NCBI GenBank assembly: GCA_002269645.1
Contig: NIVC01000300.1
Location: 124,001-188,000, forward strand
Length of the DNA: 64,000 bases
Direction of reading: 5' to 3'
DNA from: Macrostomum lignano
Taxonomy: Eukaryota
Below are positions 39,684-50,347 of the stretch, piece after piece; the first letter of the stretch is position 1, and each line of letters starts with the position of its first letter. The notes beneath the pieces are model-generated. The model was not told where the DNA came from, ran no database searches, and saw nothing but the letters and a program-made list of their open reading frames with translations. The translations under genes and the position numbers were made by a program.

Positions 39684-40599
39684 GGCTGCTGAAGGCCGGG
39701 ACACGGGAAATTCGGATGGGTGGGGCAGGCGAATCGATCCAAGGACTGCTGGAGCACTGGACTGGAATCCGAAACCACTAGACTCTTAGTTTGGGGCCAC
39801 TGAACAAGAAACTCAGGGCCGCTGTGCACCAAATTGAAATCCTTCGGTCTCCTGGATGCTTTCCAATGCCAAGACTTTGGGGTGCGAGTGTTTCTCTTCC
39901 AGTCCAGGTATCTGGTGGTCCCTGGCCAATTTTCGTAGCCAATTTGGCGACCTTTCTGACTTTCGCGCAGATCGGGGTTGTTTTTTTAGTATTAAAAAGT
40001 GTGAACTTTTACAAGACGGTGCAGAGAGAATGTGTTCCTTAATATTTAACCACTTACAGGGTTTTTGTATTCAATAAACTGTCCATTGAATTGTTAATTA
40101 ACCTCTCCAGACGTTGTATATTTATTTTGTCTGAAAATTTGCTCTTATTTTGGTGCTCTTTATTCGAAACCAATTCGGCCGGCACACACGGCCGAACTTC
40201 CGTCCAGCCCACGCATTTTTTCAGGAAAAAAAACAATTTTAATCCGCGTGTCGTTGACGGTTTTTGCCTCGCCGTCACCGACACGGCTGTCAGCGGGGCC
40301 GGCGGGCGAAGTGAATTATTGATGACGCGGCGTGTGACAGAAACCCAGCGTCGATCCTTGCTCGACAGTTTTTGGTTGCCTTTCAGCGGGACTTTTCGGC
40401 TAACAAAATTAGCCAGCAGCTGGGTTGAAGGGGAGAACCGCGTTCAACATTTTGTGTTATGATAATTCGCGCTCAGAATTTAGAGTGAACGGAATTGCGG
40501 CGGCTCTGAACTCCAAGTTCAAAATTTCGCTTACTGAAGGGTGACTTCACCCTGGCGGCAGCACTGAACTGGGAGATCCGCATCACACCCATCAAGAGG

Positions 40600-41010
40600 C
40601 CGGGCGTCCATCCAAGAGACAGTGGTGCCCTGCATCAAGAGACATTGGCGTCCACCGAGAGACAGGGGAGCCCATCGAGATACAGGGTCGTCCATTAAAA
40701 GACAGGATCGTTCATCAAGAGACAGAGTTATCCATAAAGAGACATTGGCGTCCACCAAGAGACAGAGTTATCCATAAAGAGACATTGGCGTCCACCAAGA
40801 GACAGGGGAGCCCATCGAGAGACAGAGGCGTCCATAAAGAGACCGGGTCGTTCGTCAAAAGACAGGGTTGTCCATAAAGAGACAGTGGCGTCCATCAAGA
40901 GACAGGGTCGTTCGTCAAAAGACAGTGTTGTCCATCAAGAGACAGTGGCGTCCACCGAAAGACAGGGGAGCCCATCAAGAGACAGTGGCGTCCATCAAGA
41001 GACAAAGGCG
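40600..41010. repeat. Degenerate ~20-bp repeat (caagagacagtggcgtccat)
   Basis: Related to the 60930-62715 array. Confidence 0.8.
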
Positions 41011-41869
41011 GTCACCAAGACACCCAATATTGGCAATCAATCAATATACCAATATACCCCCTTCAATACACGAGCTGGAACGCCTAGGTGCTATGCACTT
41101 TGATGTCACAGCTCGTTTCATCTCACTGCAGCCAATCAATATTAGGGTATTCGAGGTATCTCCTGCGTACGACACCTCTGCCTGCAAGTCGGGTGGCAAC
41201 TCTACCGGATCGTATCGCCTTTTGTCCTCTACCCATTCCACTCCATCTAGCTGAATTTCTGCACTTAGAGATGAAACGATAATTCACGGCTACATTTTCG
41301 CGAGTTGCCCTGCCGTTTGGAGGGGTGGCATGCTGTAAATGAGCTGCTCTATTCCACAATTCATCTGTTGCATCTCTATCCACTAGCTGCATCGTTTTGC
41401 GTGCATACGTAGCGATGGGCTGGTCGGGAATTCTTATCTGACGAGCCCGATAATGAGCCCGAGATGTGTGGGGCGTTTAGGCTGTAGCAAATGGCACCGG
41501 ATTGACACCCGATATCCATTTGTGCTCAGCCATAATAATTTGAGCCACACGCGCGCCATTGTGCGTCGTTCTTCGCGAAAAATCAAGCTATAATGGCTGA
41601 ATTCCTAAAGCTCCTGAAGCTCCTGATGCTACCAACCTTAGTTTGCAGTGCGACTTTGAACAAATCAAGGCGACCGTTGATACGGCAAACCTCTGAACCG
41701 GATACGTAGGCAGGCACACGCTTACACAGCTCACACTGCAGTCCTGACTGCTTCATCCTCACGCATGTACACATTGCGCCTTGAAGGTTGGCTCTCGCCT
41801 GATCAATTGCGTAACAAGCTCCAGGCTAATTTTCCTGCACGAGCCCAAAATTAATGTTCTTTGACGTCA

Positions 41870-43060
41870 TAGTCAGATGTGTCAGTGTCAGATGTGTCAG
41901 AGCCAGATATGTCAGAGCCAGATGTGTCAGTGTCAGATGTGTGTCAGTGTCAGATGTGTCAGAGCCAGATATGTCAGAGCCAGATGTGTCAGAGCCAGAT
42001 GTGTCAGAGCCAGATGTGTCAGAGCCAGATGTGTCAGAGCCAGATGTGTCAGAGCCAGATATGTCATAGTCAGATGTGTCAGAGCCAGATGTGTCAGAGC
42101 CAGATGTGTCAGAGCCAGATGTGTCAGAGTCAGATGTTTCAGAGCCAGATGTGTCAGAGCCAGATGTGTCAGAGCCAGATATGTCAGAGTCAGATGTGTC
42201 AGAGCCAGATGTGTCAGAGTCAGAGCCACTTTGCCCCCGCTCGCAACCTTTATACGTCCTCTGAAAGATAAAGAGTGGGATCAGGTATGCTCGTAATCCG
42301 TTGCGCACTAAGCGATTTTCATTTAGCATTCATGTCAGTCAAGAGTCAGATTGTCAGAGCCAGATCTGTCAAGAGTCAAATTGTCAGAGCCAGATCTGTC
42401 AAGAGTCAGATTGTCAGAGCCAGATCTGTCAAGAGTCAGATTGTCAGAGCCAGATCTGTCAAGAGTCAGATTGTCAGAGCCAGATCTGTCAAGAGTCAGA
42501 TTGTCAGAGCCAGATCTGTCAAGAGTCAGATTGTCAGAGCCAGATCTGTCAAGAGTCAGATTGTCAGAGCCAGATCTGTCAAGAGTCAGATTGTCAGAGC
42601 CAGATCTGTCAAGAGTCAGATTGTCAGAGCCAGATCTGTCAAGAGTCAGATTGTCAGAGCCAGATCTGTCAAGAGTCAGATTGTCAGAGCCAGATCTGTC
42701 AAGAGTCAGATTGTCAGAGCCAGATCTGTCAAGAGTCAGATTGTCAGAGCCAGATCTGTCAAGAGTCAGATTGTCAGAGCCAGATCTGTCAAGAGTCAGA
42801 TTGTCAGAGCCAGATCTGTCAAGAGTCAGATTGTCAGAGCCAGATCTGTCAAGAGTCAGATTGTCAGAGCCAGATCTGTCAAGAGTCAGATTGTCAGAGC
42901 CAGATCTGTCAAGAGTCAGATTGTCAGAGCCAGATCTGTCAAGAGTCAGATTGTCAGAGTCAGAGCTACTTTTCCTCCGCTTGCAACCTTTGTGGGTCCT
43001 CTGAAAGATAGAGTGGGATAAAGCATGCTCGCACTAAGCGATTTTCATTTAGCCTCCCAT
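41870..43060. repeat. Duplicated unit of [array + ~100-bp tail]: 15-bp array 41870-42225 and 30-bp array 42335-42962
   Basis: Both arrays end in a similar tail (cagagcyact...gcaacctt...cctctgaaagata...gagtgggat...gcactaagcgattttcatttagc). Confidence 0.85.
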
Positions 43061-43474
43061 TGTTCCTTTTTAAATAGTAAATATGAACAACAATAAAACG
43101 CGACAGAAAGACAGTTTGCGGGCATATTGCCATCAGTCTGCTGGCTAGAATCACTCGCCAAAGAGATTTATTGATTACTTAGTCGCGGTGTATTAGATAT
43201 TTATGCGATCGAGGACAGAGCATTTTTGGGACGTTTCGAACCACGAACTGATTAGTACAACAAGCAATTGGAATCAGTAAAGAGCGTCTGTGCTTCGGAT
43301 AGTCCCGGTAGACAATCTCGCTACCGTAAACCGCCTTTTCTTGCCGCCACTTTGATTGTTTTTTTTTCACGGGAGGGTCTTTGCAATGCGGGACTGGGAT
43401 AACTTTGGGCTTGGTGCGGAGGAACTCTCGGGAATGACGTTGCAGGGCTCCAACACGTTTGTTACAGGCCGGAT

Positions 43475-43948
43475 CTAGTCCGACTCGTCATCGATGGCGT
43501 CCATCGAGCCTCGCTTGCCTCCAAGCCTAGGGCTCTTGTAATAGGCCTTCTTGCCGAGGCGTGGGCTGACGTACCAGGCCTTCTTGCCGAGGCGTGGGCT
43601 GACGTACCAGGCCTTCTTGCCGAGGCGTGGGCTGACGTACCAGGCCTTCTTGCCGAGGCGTGGGCTGACGTACCAGGCCTTCTTGCCGAGGCGTGGGCTG
43701 ACGTACCAGGCCTTCTTGCCGAGGCGTGGGCTGACGTACCAGGCCTTCTTGCCGAGACGAGGGCTGACGTACCAGGCCTTCTTTCCCAGCCTAGGACTGG
43801 CATAGTAGGCCCTCTTGTCGTCGCTGCTCTCAGCTGCTACACTTTTCTTGCTAGCCTGACTGTCGTCGTGCTCTTCTGCAGTTGCCATGACAACCAGAGC
43901 AGCCACGGCTAGAGCGGCAATGACGCTGCCTGTTCCGCAGAAACGCAT
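43475..43948 (-). CDS. Neuropeptide precursor encoding AYYASPRLamide, 7x AWYVSPRLamide and AYYKSPRLGamide (PRXamide/pyrokinin-like)
   Basis: Signal peptide MRFCGTGSVIAALAVAALVVMATA, acidic spacer, KR/KK dibasic sites, Gly amidation donors, acidic C-terminal tail. Minus-strand AATAAA near 43170. Confidence 0.95.
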   Translation of the reverse strand: MRFCGTGSVIAALAVAALVVMATAEEHDDSQASKKSVAAESSDDKRAYYASPRLGKKAWYVSPRLGKKAWYVSPRLGKKAWYVSPRLGKKAWYVSPRLGKKAWYVSPRLGKKAWYVSPRLGKKAWYVSPRLGKKAYYKSPRLGGKRGSMDAIDDESD

Positions 43949-44038
43949 CGCTGGTCTTCGTAGAATGAACGAGGTCGCTTTTTATTGTTCTGTAAAGGCA
44001 GCTTTGAATCAGAGCTCTTTGTACAACCGAGCGCAGTA

Positions 44039-44135
44039 ACTGAGTCGAAGCAAAAGTCGTGGCTCTGCAAGTTATACCCCTCTATATTCTCCCCAAGAAC
44101 GAATGAGGATACAGAAGGCCTCTGCTTCCATTGGT
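44039..44135 (-). promoter_or_regulatory. Putative core promoter of the neuropeptide gene
   Basis: Minus strand shows CCAAT (~44130), TATA-like gtataact (~44075) and Inr-like TCAGTT (44044-44039) at plausible spacing. Confidence 0.35.
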
Positions 44136-46400
44136 TTCTCAGTTTAAACGCTGCAGACGGAATGTCCACGCCAATCAGAGCTGGACTGACGGTCTCTCCG
44201 CTCACACAAATAGCAGAAGACTCGGACATACAAATGGCAATTGCTGGTGATTTTAAAGGAAAATTTATGTAGGAAATTGAAACCATCAGCTAAAAGCTGG
44301 CTCATATTACAGCTAGTGGCTTCGAGGGGTCAACGATAGGCCAGTCAATGTACAGCTGCAAGGAGTTTTCTGAGAAATAAAACACCCAGCCCAATTTCTA
44401 GCAGTCCTTGAGTGCATCACGCTAGCAGTCTTCTTTACGAGCGTAGTCTGCTATCAGCGTGTTAGCTGCTGAAATAGCTTTCAATTCCTTCTGCTTCATT
44501 ATCCGGTGCTCATTTTGTTAACCCCGAATTCGTTGCTACGGACACAAAATGTTCTGCTCAGGACTGTATTTACCTGACAGACATTCGTAGCTTCAAAAGC
44601 ACCTAAGAGCTACTTTAAAAATCACCGTGAAAGCGACTATAAGGCTGGGACTTATTGTAATCATTATGATTGCTGCAGGGACTGCACGCACACTCGAAAT
44701 CGTCCCACATCCAGCGCAGTGAGGCAATTGTGCTGACTCCTGAGCCTGAGCAATTGCGCAGGTACTGTGTGAGCAGGCACGCACTCGTGCCATTTTTTAT
44801 GAGAGGCAGGGGCTGTGCGCACCCTGGCGCACTTTTAGCGACATTGTCACACAACCGAAACCATTGCAAGAGGCATTACTGCCCATTCCGCCGACTCCCC
44901 TGAGCAGGCACACAAGCGCGCGGATACGTACGCAGTCACACAGGAGTGAATGATTCCTGCACGCCGATGAGTGTGTCAATGGCAAAAGCACGAGTGCGCG
45001 AAGCGCACGAGTGCTTTTCTGCCATTGACGCACGAGTCGGCGTGTTGGAATCCCATTGTCGATTGACTATTAAGTTGCATCATAAATTTGAGTGAGTGCA
45101 CAGAGAGGGGTCAAGGGGGCGAAGCCCCCTTGCGGGGGTGTGGGGCCAGAGTTTCCAGAGAGGGGTTAAGGGGGCGAAGCCCCCTTGCGGGGGTGTGGGG
45201 GCGGAGCCCCGGCCCACATACTAACATTAAGAAGTTTTATCAAAATGCTGCGCTTATCAAAATAATTGACTGTGTGGCGGCCAGAGTGTACGCGACCGGC
45301 AGCACCAGTGCAGCCACACTGGAAACCCCCCCAACCTCTGTCTAGCTGAGGTGGGGTGGTTGCGCACCATGCTAGCCGGCTCGCTAAGCCGGGGAGGTTG
45401 GCGTAGCCTATCACGCTACGTCATCTTTTCACACCTTCCTAGGCCCCTCAATCTCGAGCAGTCTGTGTAAATATAAATATACGAGTGGAACTCCTCCTTC
45501 GGAGGAGAAAGGGGAAGAACTCCCATCACCGGAATTCCATTCCCTGAAATATCCATCAACTGAAATTGCATTTCTTGAACCCTATCTTCCAAATCGTCTC
45601 CAAATTCTTTACAAAACCTTTCAAAGACCATAGCTCAAAGACTCTTACGTCTCTCATATCTCCTCTCTCCTCTCTTTGCTATTATCGTGACTCTCTTCTT
45701 TCTCCTCTCTCTCATCTCATCTCTACCCCTAATCCTTATTTATCTCTTCTCCCTTGTCTTTCGTCTGTACCTTCTCCTGTCTCTTGTCTCCTCTCTTCTC
45801 TCATATCTCTCCTCTTCACTTCTGCCTCCTGTATCCTCTCTTCTCTCTTTTCTCTTCCTCTTCTCTTCTCTCTCATGTCATCTCTACTCACTTGTCTATC
45901 GTCTCTCTTAACCCTCTCTCTCTTCTCTTTTCTCTCCTCTCTGCTCTCATTTTTCATATCTCATATACGCTCTCACACTCTACTTTCTTGTCTCCCATCC
46001 TTCTTTCCTCCTTTCCACTGTAGCGTTAGGTTACCGCTACAAGCTTACGAGTGTAAGTGGCACTTCGAAGATAGCTAGCAAAAGCGGGAGGTTTTTTAGT
46101 ATATTTTGTCATTGCGTTGGGGGCTATTTAGCGCTGGGGCGAACGAATAGTACAGAAGTGTCTATGGGTGAACTAAAGCGATTGGAATATAGAATAAGAA
46201 ATAATTAGAATAAATTATGAATGCTTTGGTGCTGCTACAAGATACTCCCCCTTCCCCATAACGGAGTACTTCTAGGATTAAAACAACGAATTAACAGGAG
46301 GGAAATTTGGGGTAACAGATTCATGGCGCTACTTCTCTAGAATCAAATTGTCAAGTGTAATCAAGGAGTGTAGAATCAAGTTAAGTCAAGAAGTGTAGAA

Positions 46401-49400
46401 TCAAGGTGTAAAGTATTTTATCGACGGCTGAGAGGCAAATCGAACATGGCGAGAACTTCTTGAATGAGTATTAGCGGCTGGTGACTCATTAGGCGGAGCA
46501 GTAGGCTCTGGAAGGGTCTCCGGTGGCGGCGGCGGTAGCGTAGCTGGTTTAAGTCGGTCGATTGACACTGTGGTGGGCCGGCCGTTGATCTCTAGCGTCA
46601 TTGTTGTTTCATGTCTGCTAAGAACAGCGAACGGGCCTTGATAAGGTGCTTCAAGCGAACGCCTCACGCGATCTAACCGTAGCCACACGTGTGTGCAGGA
46701 GTCCAGCGCGGTCGGCATATGGGTGGGGACCGGACGAGTTCGCGGTAGGCGGTAGGGGAAAAACATTTGGTGGAGCTTGGTCGATAGCTCTGTCAGAGTC
46801 GAAGTGTCGGCCACTACTTGCGGAACCATGGGTTGCTCTCCAGTAACAAGTGAGAAAGGTGATGATCCGGTTTCGTCCGCAAAGATACGCATTCCAAGAA
46901 GAACGAGAGGCAGTTGGCTCAACCAGTATTTTCCGCGTGCTTTTAGGCCCGTCTTCAACGTTCTATGAGCGCGTTCGACGATGCCGTTGGCTCGCGGATT
47001 GTATGAAGAAGTTCGGATATGGTGAATCCCCAGGTGCTGCGTCAGGTTTTTCATGAGCTCGGCTCGGAACTGCGTCCCTTGGTCGCTAATCAATGTAAGC
47101 GGTGGTCCGAAGCGGGCAATCCAGGATGCTAGGAAAGTCCGCGCGACGGTCTCAGCCGTGGTGTCCATGACGGGAGTAGCCTCGATCCAGCGTGTGTATG
47201 AATCCACCATGGTCAGCAGGTATCGGGGTTTTGGTCCAACCGCGTCGGATTCGGGCGGCGTCAATGGTCCGACTAGGTCGATGTGCACCGTCGTGAATCG
47301 TTGCGATGGTACTGGTAACTGGTGGAGCGGCCGGTGAATATGCTTGCTAACTTTGCATTGCTGGCAGCGCTCACATTCAGTGACCCACTTCTTGATGTCG
47401 GCGAACATATTAGGCCAGAAAAAACGGTATCCGACAAGCCTCTGTGTCGCTTTTACTCCCGGGTGCGCCAAAGTGTGTAGCGAATCAAACACTTTTCGGC
47501 GAAGCGGTCCTGGTACTTCAGGGCGTGGGTTGGCTTGTGAAGTCTCGCAGCGAAGCGGGCACTCTGGGATTCCGATGTCAAAGTGCTTGAACTGGCCGGC
47601 CGGAGTGTCTTCAGGCGTTAGATCTTTCTGAGCTCTTGCAATAGCCGGAAGGTCAACGGCTGTTGGGACATCTTCTAAGAGTCGCACGTTGTTGGTCTGG
47701 GTAACTGAGGGTGGTTCTGGACGAGACAGTGCGTCGGCTACTACGTTGTCTTTACCGGCGATGTATACAATGTCGAGAACGTACTCAGTTATCGCTGAAA
47801 GTTGGCGCTGTTGGCGGTCAGAGAAACGCTGTTTCCGATTCTTGAAAGCTCCCACGATTGGCTTGTGGTCACAGAACACCGTGACAGGGCGACCTTGGAC
47901 CATGTGCTTCCAGGTTTTGACGGCGGCGAAAATAGCCAGTAGTTCTCTGTCGAACGTGCTGTAGGCTCTCTCGGTATCCGACAGTTTGCGCGAGTAAAAA
48001 GCTAGGGGTGCAGACTTGTCGTCTACCACTTGATGTAGGGCTGCGCCTAAGGCCGTTGAGCTTGCGTCCGTAGTGATAGTGAGCATTGCGCTAGGTTCGG
48101 GGAACGCTAAAGTTACGGCCTCAGCCAGGCTGTTTTGAAGCAGTTTCCAAGCTTCGTCATGCTGGTTCGTCCAGACGAACTGACTCGAACTGACGAGTTG
48201 GCGAAGAGGCTGTACTACTTGGGCGTATGCGGGGATGCAACGTTGGTAGAAACCAAACATTCCCAGATAGCGCTGGAGCGTCTTTTGATCGGTCGGGGCC
48301 TGCAGTTTGCGAAGGGCCTCCACTCGAGTGGGAAGTGGCTTGATTCCCTCGGCTGATACGAGGTATCCCAGAAATTCCACTGAGTCTCGGAAGAACTGAC
48401 ACTTTGCTGCGTTAACCCTCAGACCTTTGTCCGTTAGACGCTGAAGGATGGCTTGCAGATGTTGCTCGTGTTCTTGTCGAGAAGTGCTGTGCACTAGGAT
48501 GTCGTCGATGTATGAAACGACAAAGGGGAAATCTCGAAAGATTGCGTCGACGAACCTCTGGAACGTGCTAGCTGCGTTGCGCAGTCCGAAGGGCATTCGA
48601 AGGTATTCGAAAGATCCAAAAGGGGTGCAGATTGCGGTCTTTTCTATCGCGTCTTCAGCCATGGGGACGAAGTGATAGGCCTTGACGAGGTCAAGGGTGC
48701 TGAATACTTTCGACCCATGCAGCTGGTTGTGGAAGTGGTTAATGTTCGGTATGGGGTACCGATCGGGCTTGGTCACGGCGTTCAAAGCTCGATAGTCACC
48801 ACAAGGGCGCCAAGATCCGTCTTTTTTTCTCACCATATGAAGGGGCGATGCCCACGGGCTGGAAGATGGTCGGACGATTCCGAGTCGAAGCAGCTTGTCA
48901 AACTCTTCCTTTGCAACAGTGAACTTTTCCGGTGACAGTGGTCGTGGTCGGCGGAAGATCGGCTCGCCTTCCGTTTCGATCGGATGTCGGACGCCTGTTG
49001 CGGATGGGGTCGTGTAGTCGGGCGCCTCTAGTACGCGTGGAAACTGGGTGAGCGGGTTTGATGGTTCCATTTCCGTTGTCACGTTGATTTGTGGAACTGG
49101 ATCGGAAGAGCAGTTCAGGGCTGTGGATAATTCCGTTACTGGGTCTGTGATGCGTCTCGACTTAAGGTCGATGATCAAACCGAACTTTACGAAGAAATCC
49201 GCTCCGAGAATCGGTGCCGTATTAGTGACGATGAATGTTGCTGGGTATGGTCGCCGGAGCCCCGGAATAGAGAGAGTCAGGCAGCATTGTCCAAAGGTAC
49301 GGATCTCATGTCCACCAATGCTGCGCAACTTCACGGGTGTCGGAGTTAGCAGATTTTGAGGGACGTACTGTAGAGGCAGGAGTGACCGTTCGGCTCCAGT

Positions 49401-49616
49401 GTCAACAATAAACGAAACCATGGTGCGAAGAACGTTGCAACGGAGTAACAAAGTGGTGGCCTTGCTCTGGTCACGGGTCGGCCAGGGCACGTGACCGACT
49501 AGTTTGAAGCACTTTCTAGAGTTGGGCTGTTTGCACGCGAGTGATCTGGTGTTGTCTGGCGGCTGCTGAGCATCGTTGTGGGTTTGGGACCGGGCCATTT
49601 GCACCAAGGTCAGCAC
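46401..49616 (-). CDS. pol: Pol polyprotein: protease, RT, RNase H, integrase with GPY/F motif
   Basis: IVDTGA, WASPLHMVRKKDGSWRPCGDYRALN, SYIDD, TTDAS, HTLAHPG...CERC, VHIDLVGP, ISDQG, NGIVERAH, APYQGPF. The frame is -1 relative to gag. Confidence 0.97.
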   Translation of the reverse strand: MLTLVQMARSQTHNDAQQPPDNTRSLACKQPNSRKCFKLVGHVPWPTRDQSKATTLLLRCNVLRTMVSFIVDTGAERSLLPLQYVPQNLLTPTPVKLRSIGGHEIRTFGQCCLTLSIPGLRRPYPATFIVTNTAPILGADFFVKFGLIIDLKSRRITDPVTELSTALNCSSDPVPQINVTTEMEPSNPLTQFPRVLEAPDYTTPSATGVRHPIETEGEPIFRRPRPLSPEKFTVAKEEFDKLLRLGIVRPSSSPWASPLHMVRKKDGSWRPCGDYRALNAVTKPDRYPIPNINHFHNQLHGSKVFSTLDLVKAYHFVPMAEDAIEKTAICTPFGSFEYLRMPFGLRNAASTFQRFVDAIFRDFPFVVSYIDDILVHSTSRQEHEQHLQAILQRLTDKGLRVNAAKCQFFRDSVEFLGYLVSAEGIKPLPTRVEALRKLQAPTDQKTLQRYLGMFGFYQRCIPAYAQVVQPLRQLVSSSQFVWTNQHDEAWKLLQNSLAEAVTLAFPEPSAMLTITTDASSTALGAALHQVVDDKSAPLAFYSRKLSDTERAYSTFDRELLAIFAAVKTWKHMVQGRPVTVFCDHKPIVGAFKNRKQRFSDRQQRQLSAITEYVLDIVYIAGKDNVVADALSRPEPPSVTQTNNVRLLEDVPTAVDLPAIARAQKDLTPEDTPAGQFKHFDIGIPECPLRCETSQANPRPEVPGPLRRKVFDSLHTLAHPGVKATQRLVGYRFFWPNMFADIKKWVTECERCQQCKVSKHIHRPLHQLPVPSQRFTTVHIDLVGPLTPPESDAVGPKPRYLLTMVDSYTRWIEATPVMDTTAETVARTFLASWIARFGPPLTLISDQGTQFRAELMKNLTQHLGIHHIRTSSYNPRANGIVERAHRTLKTGLKARGKYWLSQLPLVLLGMRIFADETGSSPFSLVTGEQPMVPQVVADTSTLTELSTKLHQMFFPYRLPRTRPVPTHMPTALDSCTHVWLRLDRVRRSLEAPYQGPFAVLSRHETTMTLEINGRPTTVSIDRLKPATLPPPPPETLPEPTAPPNESPAANTHSRSSRHVRFASQPSIKYFTP

Positions 49617-50347
49617 GTACGGGCTTGTGAAGCGTAGAATAGATGGCCATTACAGATCTTAGGTCTCTTACGATAGGAGCGCTGTTGCCGGTGATCTCCT
49701 TCGTACGCCTGCCTAGGCTTGAACGCGCCGTGCGGTCTTGAATCCCTGGCTTCGGACGTGCGCTGAATGGGTAAAAACGGAGTTCGGCTGCCCGCGACGG
49801 CTAACATGCTGTCGGCGATTTTGGCGAAGTCTTCTAGCGGAGATTTTTCATGACCGACCAACGCTGAACGGATGTGCGTTGGGAGCGCCGTGAGCAGGCG
49901 TGACTTGATGATAGACTCGTCGGCTGCTAAACCCACTTCGATGAAGCGGCGCTTAATGTCAGTTACCAATTGCGAAGGGCGTTTGTCGCCGAGTTCTACT
50001 GCTGCAAGGGCTTCCTCGATACGCTGGTGGCGGTTGGCGCGCAGTGAGTCTAGAACAGCTGTTTTGAGTCGGTTGTATTCGACGATGTCTATGTCGATGT
50101 AGCAGGCAACATCCTCTGGGAGAGCGGCCAGTGCGTGGTGGAATTTGGTGCTGGCGGAGCTGATTCCAGCCAGGGTAAATTGTGATTCGAGTTGGCGGAA
50201 CCAAATCTCGGGTGCTTGACGGTAGAACGGCGGTGGTCTAATTGTGGCGCGTTGTACCGACGCTACCGGTTCCGGTATGGCGTTCTCCGAAGAAGCTGCC
50301 GCAGGTGGAGTGTCTGATGGAGGTTGTTGACGTTGGGTGTCTTCCAT
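49499..50347 (-). CDS. gag: Gag with CHCC motif, interrupted by TGA at 49610-49612; natural-looking end TAG at 49499-49501
   Basis: PPFYRQAPEIWFRQLESQF...LGDKRPSQL; CNGHLFYASQARTC*PWCKWP completes C-x2-H-x9-C-x3-C if the stop is read as a codon. Confidence 0.9.

Noticed and set aside
41826-43021. Pentapeptide-like or Ser/Asp repeat proteins
   Set aside because: Satellite DNA open in multiple frames, with no splice or signal context.
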